DNA of 24,000 nt, taken from positions 69,084-93,083 of the forward strand of contig CAVYQO010000009.1 in assembly GCA_963770655.1 (NCBI GenBank), read 5' to 3'. The position numbers were made by a program, and so were the translations under genes. Shown piece after piece: positions 15,891-23,239 of the stretch (positions are counted from its first letter, which is position 1; every line of letters starts with the position of its first letter). The notes beneath the pieces were generated by a model. That model saw only the letters and a list, made by a program, of their open reading frames with translations. It was not told the DNA's origin and did not search any database. The stretch is from an uncultured Chloroflexia bacterium. Lineage in GTDB: Bacteria > Chloroflexota > Anaerolineae > Anaerolineales > UBA4823.

Positions 15891-17408
15891 ATGACGGTCC
15901 AGGAATTTCGCAAAATATTGGTGGCAAACCGAGGGGAAATTGCGGTGCGGGTGATACGCGCCTGCCGCGAGATGGGGATAGGCAGCGTGGCAGTCTATTC
16001 GGACGTAGATCGAAACTCCCTGCATGTCCGCCTGGCAGATAAAGCGGTTCATATAGGCCAGTCGCCGCCCAGTCTCTCGTATCTAAATCAAGAACGGATC
16101 ATCCAGGCAGCGTTGGACAGCGGCGCCGAGGCGATCCACCCAGGATACGGCTTGCTTTCCGAGAATGTAACATTTGCCCAGGCAGTCGAAGATGCGGGGC
16201 TGGTGTTTATCGGCCCTCCATCGCGGGCAATTGCCAGCATGGGGGATAAAGGAGCCGCACGGCAGGTGATGGAAAGCGCAGACGTACCGGTCATCCCAGG
16301 TTATCATGGGCCGGATGATGAGGCGGCATTTTTGCAAGCAGCAGAGGAGCTGGGCTATCCTGTCTTGGTAAAAGCGGTGGCTGGCGGCGGCGGCAAAGGG
16401 ATGCGTCTAGCCTGGTCGCCCAATGAGCTGCCGGCGGCGATGGCTGCTGCGCGGCGAGAAGCCCAGCACGCGTTTGATGAAGATCGCTTGATTCTCGAGG
16501 CCTTTATTCCCCAGGCCCGGCATATCGAGTTTCAAATTTTAGCTGATAAATTTGGTAACACTGTCCATCTTTTTGAAAGAGACTGTTCCACTCAGCGCCG
16601 TCATCAGAAGATCGTCGAAGAAACACCGGCAAAGATCTTGGATCCAGCTTTGCGAGCTGAAATGGGCGGGATTGCCGTTAAAGCTGCGAAAGCCGTCGGT
16701 TATATCAATGCCGGCACAGTAGAATTTGTTTTTGATCCAGCTCGACGCCATTACTATTTCCTGGAGATGAATACCAGGATTCAGGTCGAACACCCGATCA
16801 CAGAATTGGTCGCCGGGATCGACCTGGTGCAGTGGCAAATTCGGATTGCAGCGGGGCAGCAGATTCCGTTTAACCAGGAAGATATTTATCAACGCGGCCA
16901 TGCGCTTGAGTGCCGGTTATATGCTGAAGATCCAGAGCACCAATTTTTGCCAGCCGGGGGCAGGCTGCTCGACTTTAGAGCACCAATTGGCCCGGGGATC
17001 AGGCTCGATTCCGGTTATGCCAGCGGAGATGAAATACCGATCGATTACGATCCGCTGATTGCCAAAATCATCGTCCATGCCGAAGATCGAGACCAGGCTC
17101 TGTCGCGGATGTTATCTGCAATCCACGAAACAGTGATCCTGGGTCTACCCACAAACCAGGCTTTCCTGGCAGATTTGATTTCCTCAGAAGCCTTCAGAAA
17201 AGGACAAGTCCATACCACCTGGGTTGAGGAAACCTTTATCAACCAGCATGAGTTAGCTCCTGAACTGCCACCAGAAGTCATCATTACCGCAGCACTGATC
17301 GAGCGTTTCCGCACCCAGGCAGATCCGGCTGGCAAGACAGCCTTTGCCCGAGATCCATTCAACCCCTGGAAGCTCGATGATCATTTTCGATCTGGAAGAT
17401 CAGCATGA
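15891..17408 (+). CDS. mccA: Biotin carboxylase subunit of the acyl-CoA (methylcrotonyl-CoA) carboxylase, without a BCCP domain
   Basis: ILVANRGEIAVRVIRAC, the ATP-grasp glycine loop AVAGGGGKGMR, EMNTRIQVEHPITE. ATG 15891 was chosen over the ORF-track start 15834, which overlaps the upstream gene. The stop overlaps the next ATG (ATGA). Confidence 0.9.
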   Translation: MTVQEFRKILVANRGEIAVRVIRACREMGIGSVAVYSDVDRNSLHVRLADKAVHIGQSPPSLSYLNQERIIQAALDSGAEAIHPGYGLLSENVTFAQAVEDAGLVFIGPPSRAIASMGDKGAARQVMESADVPVIPGYHGPDDEAAFLQAAEELGYPVLVKAVAGGGGKGMRLAWSPNELPAAMAAARREAQHAFDEDRLILEAFIPQARHIEFQILADKFGNTVHLFERDCSTQRRHQKIVEETPAKILDPALRAEMGGIAVKAAKAVGYINAGTVEFVFDPARRHYYFLEMNTRIQVEHPITELVAGIDLVQWQIRIAAGQQIPFNQEDIYQRGHALECRLYAEDPEHQFLPAGGRLLDFRAPIGPGIRLDSGYASGDEIPIDYDPLIAKIIVHAEDRDQALSRMLSAIHETVILGLPTNQAFLADLISSEAFRKGQVHTTWVEETFINQHELAPELPPEVIITAALIERFRTQADPAGKTAFARDPFNPWKLDDHFRSGRSA

Positions 17409-17905
17409 ACCTGCAATTCTTCTCGGGAGATCGTCTATACGAAATAAAATTAGAGAAGCAAGGCGATGCCTTGCGGGCATGGATTAATGAGCAAACCTAC
17501 CTAGTGGAAATCTTTGACGAACAAGCCGGTGTTTTCAATATAAAAGTTGACGGACAAACCTTTCAATTGCATTGGGCGGAGGATAAAGGTCGCTATTGGA
17601 TTGCTGAGCGAGGACGGACGTACCGGCTTGAAGCAGCATCGAAACGAAACAGGCCCAAGTTGAACGAGCCTGATGAAGAGCGTCATATCCGCGCCCCAAT
17701 GCCTGCCCAGGTTCGAATGCTGGCCGTAGCTGTTGGTGAATTTGTCCAGACAGGCCAGACCCTGCTGATCCTGGAAGCGATGAAAATGGAAATTCGGATC
17801 ACTGCCGTACAAGATGGCCGAATTGAAAAGATTTTTATTGAGGCTGGACAAACGATCAGTCGTGACGAGTTGCTGATAGAAATTGAACCCGTCTTGAGCG
17901 GATAG
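17405..17905 (+). CDS. Biotin carboxyl carrier protein with an N-terminal BT-like segment (biotinyl-lysine motif EAMKME)
   Basis: 166 aa with C-terminal ...APMPAQVRMLAVAVGEFVQTGQTLLILEAMKMEIRITA... It is translationally coupled to the biotin carboxylase gene through ATGA. Confidence 0.82.
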   Translation: MNLQFFSGDRLYEIKLEKQGDALRAWINEQTYLVEIFDEQAGVFNIKVDGQTFQLHWAEDKGRYWIAERGRTYRLEAASKRNRPKLNEPDEERHIRAPMPAQVRMLAVAVGEFVQTGQTLLILEAMKMEIRITAVQDGRIEKIFIEAGQTISRDELLIEIEPVLSG

Positions 17906-17949
17906 ATTCTGTAAAACATTGAGCCCATATTTGGATCATTGGAGGCGGT

Positions 17950-18408
17950 ATGCCTGGTAAATATTTCGAAGACCTAGCCACCGGTCAATATTTCAAGCAC
18001 AGCACAGGTCGGACGGTTACCGAAACGGATAACGTGCTGTTCTGTTCACTCACCATGAATTCACAGCCATTGCATTTAAACGATGATTTTGCTTCAAGAT
18101 CGCAGTTTGGTCAGCGGATAATGAATGGTTTGTTTACGCTTGCTTTAGTGGTTGGGCTGAGTGTGAGCGAATTAACAGAAGGCACGATTGTGGCAAATCT
18201 GGGATATAACAATGTCACCCACCCGAATCCGCTCTTCCAAGGCGAGACAGTGTATGCAGAGAGCGAGATACTCGAAAAGCGCGAATCGAAATCTCGAAAT
18301 GATTGTGGGATTGTCCGCTTGAAGCAATTAGGAAAAAAACCAGATGGAACCGTTGTTGTTGAGCTCGAGCGTACGGTTTTGTTTTTAAAGCGTCCCAGGC
18401 AAGGGTAG
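17950..18408 (+). CDS. MaoC-like (R)-specific enoyl-CoA hydratase, hot-dog fold; candidate 3-methylglutaconyl-CoA / itaconyl-CoA-type hydratase
   Basis: 152 aa. The N-terminal YFEDLATGQYFKHSTGRTVTETDNVLFCSLTMNSQPLHLN is typical of single hot-dog MaoC dehydratases. GGAGG SD lies upstream. Confidence 0.78.
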   Translation: MPGKYFEDLATGQYFKHSTGRTVTETDNVLFCSLTMNSQPLHLNDDFASRSQFGQRIMNGLFTLALVVGLSVSELTEGTIVANLGYNNVTHPNPLFQGETVYAESEILEKRESKSRNDCGIVRLKQLGKKPDGTVVVELERTVLFLKRPRQG

Positions 18409-18443
18409 AGACGAGTGGATGGCAAGATTGGAAGGAGGTAAGG

Positions 18444-19322
18444 ATGATGCGATCACGGCGAGCGCTGTTGTATATGCCCGGGGATGACCTGCACAAGATA
18501 CGCAAGGCGACCACCCTGGATGCGGATTGTATTTGCATGGATATGGAGGATGGCGTTGCTGAAAATCGAAAGGAAGAAGCCCGCAAGGGTATCGTCGAAG
18601 CGCTTAATAACCTTTCGTTTGGCCGTTCGGAAAAGCTGGCGCGCATCAATCCGATTGGCTCAGGTTTAGAAAAAGCAGATTTAGAATTCGTCCTTCCATC
18701 TCGCCCGGATGGGATCGTCATTCCGAAAGTTTCCGATGGTGCTCAAATCCAATGGGTCAGCGGCCAAATTTCCCAAGTCGAGAGGCAGATGGGCTGGCCT
18801 GAGGGAAAAATCTGCCTGATGGCTGTTGTCGAGACGGCACTCGGCATAATCAACCTGAGCCAGATCGCCGGGAGCGACCAACGGCTTGAAGCGCTGATTT
18901 TCGGTTCAGAGGACTTGGCCAGCGATATTGGCGCCATTCGCACCCATGATGGCTGGGAGATTTTTTATGCACGCAGTGCCCTGGTCACCCATTGCGCCGC
19001 GTTTGGATTGCAGGCGATCGATATGGTTTTTATTGATTTTCAGGATACAAATGGTTTACGCGAAAAATCCTTACGAGGCGTTCAAATGGGTTTTGTGGGG
19101 AAGCAGATCATCCACCCCAACCAGGTGGTCCCCGTCCAGGAGGCATTTACACCAGACGACCAATCTATCGCCTATGCGCAGCGCATCACTCTGGCATTTA
19201 ACTTGCATCAGGCTAATGGCGCCGGCGCGTTTGCATTTGATGGCAAAATGATCGATTTACCTATCGTCAAAGCCGCAGAAAGAACTCTTTCACGAGCTCG
19301 GGCGGCCGGTAAAATCCCTTAA
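18444..19322 (+). CDS. CitE/HpcH-family acyl-CoA lyase (citrate lyase beta-like; candidate HMG-CoA / citramalyl-CoA lyase)
   Basis: 292 aa with RSRRALLYMPGDD, DADCICMDMEDGV, RINP and ALIFGSEDLASDIG blocks typical of CitE-like lyases. GGAAGGAGG SD lies upstream. Confidence 0.8.
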   Translation: MMRSRRALLYMPGDDLHKIRKATTLDADCICMDMEDGVAENRKEEARKGIVEALNNLSFGRSEKLARINPIGSGLEKADLEFVLPSRPDGIVIPKVSDGAQIQWVSGQISQVERQMGWPEGKICLMAVVETALGIINLSQIAGSDQRLEALIFGSEDLASDIGAIRTHDGWEIFYARSALVTHCAAFGLQAIDMVFIDFQDTNGLREKSLRGVQMGFVGKQIIHPNQVVPVQEAFTPDDQSIAYAQRITLAFNLHQANGAGAFAFDGKMIDLPIVKAAERTLSRARAAGKIP

Positions 19323-19352
19323 GCTGCTCCACCTTCATTTTGGAGGTTAACC

Positions 19353-19755
19353 ATGGCAGAACCAGCTTCAGATCCCCCTCCCCCTGGAACGATCCTGTGG
19401 ACCGACTTAACCGTTCAGGACGCAGATCGTCTGCGCGACTTCTACTCTCAAGTCGTGGGCTGGCTGCCCGAGCCGGTGGTGATGGACGGTTACACGGATT
19501 ACAACATGAATTCGCCAATCACTGGAAAGCCAGCCGCTGGGATTTGTTTCGAGCGCGGTGTAAATTCGGGAATACCCGCCCAATGGCTTATGTATATCGT
19601 TGTGGCTGATTTAGATGCGAGCCTTCAGCGCTGCCAGGGTTTAGGCGGCAGTGTTGTTCATGGCCCGCGCGGTAATGAGAACTCAAGGTCGCTTGGTGGT
19701 GATTAAAGATCCAGCGGGTGCTTATGTTGCATTAATTGAGCTTGCTCAAACATAA
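19353..19755 (+). pseudogene. VOC (glyoxalase/bleomycin-resistance fold) family protein; frame broken as assembled near 19668..19690
   Basis: ORF 19353..19706 ends ...GGSVVHGPRGNENSRSLGGD*. The +1 frame reads ...GRLVVIKDPAGAYVALIELAQT* (stop 19753..19755). That restores the family-typical C-terminal GR-x(5)-DP-x-GA strand. Confidence 0.7.
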
Positions 19756-19770
19756 AAATTGGGTTAAAAT
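19742..19770 (+). promoter_or_regulatory. Candidate promoter for the secreted-protein gene
   Basis: TTGCTC (19742..19747), a 17-nt spacer, then TAAAAT (19765..19770), about 58 nt upstream of GTG 19828. Confidence 0.4.
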
Positions 19771-19827
19771 TTTTTAATCGGGAAGTCTCAAATAAATAGG
19801 ATCCCTTTCGATCTGGCGGGTAAGCCT

Positions 19828-21148
19828 GTGAAAAACATTAAACCTTTCCCTGTGCTCTATATCATGATTGCAACAATACTGGTGTTGGGAGCGGTTTTAT
19901 TTCGCGAATCCCTCGTAGCAAGCGCCGAATCTGCACCCTTAGAAAAGCTGTTCGTTGTCGCGCAGGATGAGAAACCAATCAATGGCTGGGTAGTATGTAA
20001 GGATCTTGGGATTGGCCCTGTTCCAGGACTCAGCGGGAATAAACAGCGCGTCCGCCTGTGCCACGCCCAAGGTTGGAAGGTTGATACTTACTGCCTGCGA
20101 CCCGATCTCCCTGTCCCGCTTGTCGGCGGCTCTTGCGTACGCACCGGAGCGGATACCTATTGGTGTGGAAATGGACTGCAGCCTCTAAAAGAATACCGGA
20201 TCCAGCAAGTCCCAACGCCAACTCCTACCCTCACGACGACTTCGACCTTTATCCCAACCGCGACGACTACCCAGGTGCCAACAGCCAGCGCGACGCTGCC
20301 AACAGCCCCTACCCAGCCGACCCGTTATCCCTTATCCAACGGAATACCCCACGCCTCGACCAAAACCCGGTGGGCTTGGATATCGTCAGCTTTTTAGTTA
20401 TGCGTGGAACCTGCTGCGCTCAAAACCTGCCGTTGGGCAAGTACAAAATAGCACGCCTACACCTTTCAGACCGCTGCATCCCACTTTGGCTGTCACTCCT
20501 GAAATCCAGCCTCCATCACCGGCGGTTGGAACTGTTAAAGAATCGAAAATCCAGGGGGTAGAACTCAGCGCTGGTAAAAATCCATTAAGCTTGCGAATCA
20601 AGCCCTATACAAAAAAATTCAATTCGGGAAAAAATATTAAAATTTCCTTTAATCTCGGCGCAGACTGCGAATACGGTGACGGGAATGCGTGTGTCAACTC
20701 ATATATGGACACCCTCGGCGCCGAAATCACCGTCCTTACCGTCCATTCCGGTCTCGGCGGCGAGGCCCAGGAACTACGCCAGGCCTTGGAAGGTACCGGT
20801 TTTGACCAGGCGGGGGTCACCATTCAAGAGGTAAGGAGAAATTTGCAAAACCTGGTAGACAGCTCGGTAAAAATTTCGCGAGGTGCGCAGGGCGAGGCTG
20901 ACTTACGGGTTATTGCCGCGGTTCGGCTGCCAGCGCGCCAGGTGCGCGCATATATCGAGCTTCCGGTAACCGAAATCCTTGCCTACGCCGCCCAGCAAAA
21001 CTCAGAACTGCTTCCTTATGTCCATCCCGATGAACCGTTAATTCTCCTGGAAACCTGCGGCTGGCGGATGCCAGGCGAGAACATTCCACCTGGTTTGCCC
21101 GATACCTCCGCATCGATTTACTTGTTGGTGATGGGTCAGGCGCGCTAG
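19828..21148 (+). pseudogene. Secreted hypothetical protein: signal peptide, Cys-rich domain, Pro/Thr linker, ~220-aa C-terminal domain; frame broken as assembled in the linker (~20318..20345)
   Basis: GTG 19828 opens MKNIKPFPVLYIMIATILVLGAVLFRESLVASA|ESAP (signal-like). ORF 19828..20397 and ORF 20486..21148 are joined by an open +1 frame reading ...PVIPYPTEYPTPRPKPGG...TPTPFRPLHPTLAVTPEIQPPSP... Confidence 0.6.
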
Positions 21149-21221
21149 TTCATTCTCTTAACAAAGTGGGAACGAGCATACACGGGGCAAAACCGGGTAT
21201 AATTTGTTGGTTTTTGCCGTT

Positions 21222-22052
21222 ATGTTTGATTTAACCACGATCGCTGAAAATCTCGAAAAAAGGTCCGATGGTATCTGGTATGCCCGGGAGCAAAATCCGA
21301 TTGATTATCCCGAAGAAGGAAACTCATTTTGCTACCAGGTGGAGGAAGGATCTTTTTGGTTTAATCACCGGAATTCGTTTATCCTGGAGGCGCTAAGGCG
21401 TTTTCCACCTGACGGGGTTTTATTTGACATTGGCGGGGGAAATGGCTATGTCGCCATGGCCATTCAAGCCGCCGGAATCGAAACAGTGCTCTTAGAACCA
21501 GGGATCGAAGGGATCCGCAATGCACAGCGCCGCGGCTTAAAGCATCTCGTCTGCTCGACATTGGAGAGTGCTGGATTTACCGAGGGCAGCCTTCCGGCGA
21601 TTGGAATGTTCGATGTCCTGGAGCATATTCCCAATGACCAGGCTTTCTTACAGCTAATCCACCAATTGCTAGTCCCCGATGGGCGTCTATATCTGACGGT
21701 ACCAGCTTACCAATTCCTTTGGTCGATTGAAGATGTTTTTGCCCAGCACTACCGGCGCTATTCGCTGAAAATGCTCTTCAAGTTGCTGGAAGCGGCCGGT
21801 TTTCAGGTCGAATTTTCAACCTATATTTTTGCCACGTTGCCAATACCCATATTTCTTTTTCGCACATTGCCGAGTAAGTTTGGCTGGCGGCGGCACGGCG
21901 ATCTGGAAAAAATCGGCTCTGAGTTAAAAATAAACTCAGAGCCTGCCAATTCAGTATTGGACAGCATCCTGCGCCTGGAATTACGCGGTTTACAGCGGTT
22001 CAACAAGCTGCCAATTGGTGGAAGCTGCCTCTTGGCAGCCCGTAAAATCTGA
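21222..22052 (+). CDS. Class I SAM-dependent methyltransferase
   Basis: SAM-binding motif I VLFDIGGGNGYVA, the acidic loop LLEPG, and post-I/II blocks IGMFDVLEHI and LVPDGRLYLTVP. ATG 21222 is preferred over the TTG 21204 of the ORF track. Confidence 0.8.
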   Translation: MFDLTTIAENLEKRSDGIWYAREQNPIDYPEEGNSFCYQVEEGSFWFNHRNSFILEALRRFPPDGVLFDIGGGNGYVAMAIQAAGIETVLLEPGIEGIRNAQRRGLKHLVCSTLESAGFTEGSLPAIGMFDVLEHIPNDQAFLQLIHQLLVPDGRLYLTVPAYQFLWSIEDVFAQHYRRYSLKMLFKLLEAAGFQVEFSTYIFATLPIPIFLFRTLPSKFGWRRHGDLEKIGSELKINSEPANSVLDSILRLELRGLQRFNKLPIGGSCLLAARKI

Positions 22053-22062
22053 ACGAAATTCC

Positions 22063-23025
22063 TCAGATCATTCGCTCAATCTGCTCAATGGCCTGGTAAT
22101 AATCATCGCCAAGATACGTTCCAGGCATTCGCATGCGCCATTCTGGTTGGGTAACAAAAATGCGCCCACCATATCCGAAAGGCGGTTTCCCTGTGTGGTA
22201 CACATCAGGTAAATATTTTGGCCAATCCACCAATTCCTCCACGGCGATATCGGTCATGGCAGTTAAAATCAACATTGCCGGGTGAAGCTCGCGAACGATT
22301 CCGGTTAACTCTTCTAAAGGCACTGCCTGGCCTAAATATGCCACCGGCCAGCGCCGCCGGCGCAGAAGCGCTGCTAACATCAGTAAACTACCTTCATGCC
22401 ACTCATGTGGCGCGCAAGCCAATACAATTGGATTGAGGGAACGTGGCGGCGGTCCACTCATCATCCACAGGATCAGGCGCTGTCTTAAATAATTCGTTGC
22501 GAAGTGTTCTGTGGCAATGTTAACCGAACCGTTTTCCCAGGACTCCCCTATCTTATTCATCGTCGGACCGATCACATCGATGATAAGCTCCTCAGGAGAA
22601 GAAGATGCCTGCGCCTCTCCCATCAGGAGCTCGGCGGATGACAAATCCTTTCTAACCAGAGCTTCGAATAGCCGCGTTTGAAACATTGCTAACAGCGTAC
22701 TTGCTTCTTTTGGCTGCTGTGTGCTCGGCTGTGAACTCGCCGGTGATTCTACCAGGTGTCCGCTCGTCTCCTGGTGGCGTAGAGCGTTTATCGCCTGTGA
22801 GGTCTGCATACCTTCATCGATGCGTTCTTTCACCCAACGCAAGCGCAGCAAATCCTTTTCGGAGTACAGCCGGTGACCGCCAGTGGTTCTTTCAGAGTCC
22901 GGAAAATCATAGCGGCGCTCCCAGGCGCGTAGAGTCGCCATAGAAACCCCTGTCATACGAGATACCACCCCAATATTATATAAGGGCTCGCGATTTCCAT
23001 TGACGACGTCCGGTAGTGGGCTCAT
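22063..23025 (-). CDS. carH: MerR-family transcriptional regulator with C-terminal cobalamin-binding domain (CarH/LitR-type, predicted light-responsive)
   Basis: N-terminal MerR HTH (YNIGVVSRMTGVSMATLRAWERRYDFP). The helical-bundle segment carries W-x9-E-H (SWENGSVNIATEHF). A Rossmann-like B12 domain follows, with an E-x-H motif (PHEWHEGSLLMLAA) and YLG. AAGGAG SD lies 9 nt upstream of the ATG. Confidence 0.8.
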   Translation of the reverse strand: MSPLPDVVNGNREPLYNIGVVSRMTGVSMATLRAWERRYDFPDSERTTGGHRLYSEKDLLRLRWVKERIDEGMQTSQAINALRHQETSGHLVESPASSQPSTQQPKEASTLLAMFQTRLFEALVRKDLSSAELLMGEAQASSSPEELIIDVIGPTMNKIGESWENGSVNIATEHFATNYLRQRLILWMMSGPPPRSLNPIVLACAPHEWHEGSLLMLAALLRRRRWPVAYLGQAVPLEELTGIVRELHPAMLILTAMTDIAVEELVDWPKYLPDVYHTGKPPFGYGGRIFVTQPEWRMRMPGTYLGDDYYQAIEQIERMI

Positions 23026-23066
23026 ATAATTATTCTCCTTAATTAACTTATAACCATAACATCAAA

Positions 23067-23095
23067 ACTATATCCTTGAATCTACGGATTGTCAA
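23067..23095 (-). promoter_or_regulatory. Candidate promoter of the carH-like gene with an imperfect palindrome in its -35/spacer region
   Basis: The minus strand reads TTGACA (23095..23090), a 17-nt spacer, then TATAGT (23072..23067). The inverted repeat CCTTGAATC-TACG-GATT(GT)CAAGG spans 23074..23097. Confidence 0.6.
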
Positions 23096-23124
23096 GGTAT
23101 TATTCATATTTTCTATACAATGCC

Positions 23125-23153
23125 TTGACGCTTTTGGGTTTATTTGCTAAAAT
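23125..23153 (+). promoter_or_regulatory. Candidate promoter of the divergent epimerase gene
   Basis: TTGACG (23125..23130), a 17-nt spacer, then TAAAAT (23148..23153). This would give an AT-rich leader of about 80 nt before ATG 23240. Confidence 0.5.
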
Positions 23154-23239
23154 CCAGGATGAAAAATAGGTTGAAATATAAAATTGTTTCAGCAACTATT
23201 GTATTTGTGTAGTATAGAATTAAGGAGTAGGTGATTGAT

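Noticed and set aside
20133-20561. 142-aa ORF in the third frame across the Pro/Thr linker of the secreted protein
   Set aside because: Repetitive Pro/Thr-coding DNA keeps several frames open. This frame gives Asp/Arg/Asn-rich sequence with no signal peptide or continuity with either flanking domain.
21198-21203. Perfect TATAAT 18 nt upstream of the methyltransferase ATG, as a promoter
   Set aside because: No acceptable -35 or TG extension is present. The implied ~12-nt leader has no SD and does not begin at a start codon. The evidence is too weak for a feature call.
23111-23219. TTCTATACAAT (23111..23121) and its split reverse complement ATTGTAT...TATAGAA (23198..23219) flanking the epimerase promoter
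   Set aside because: These are 7-mer matches in a very AT-rich region and are expected by chance. They are not supported by spacing or by a second copy.
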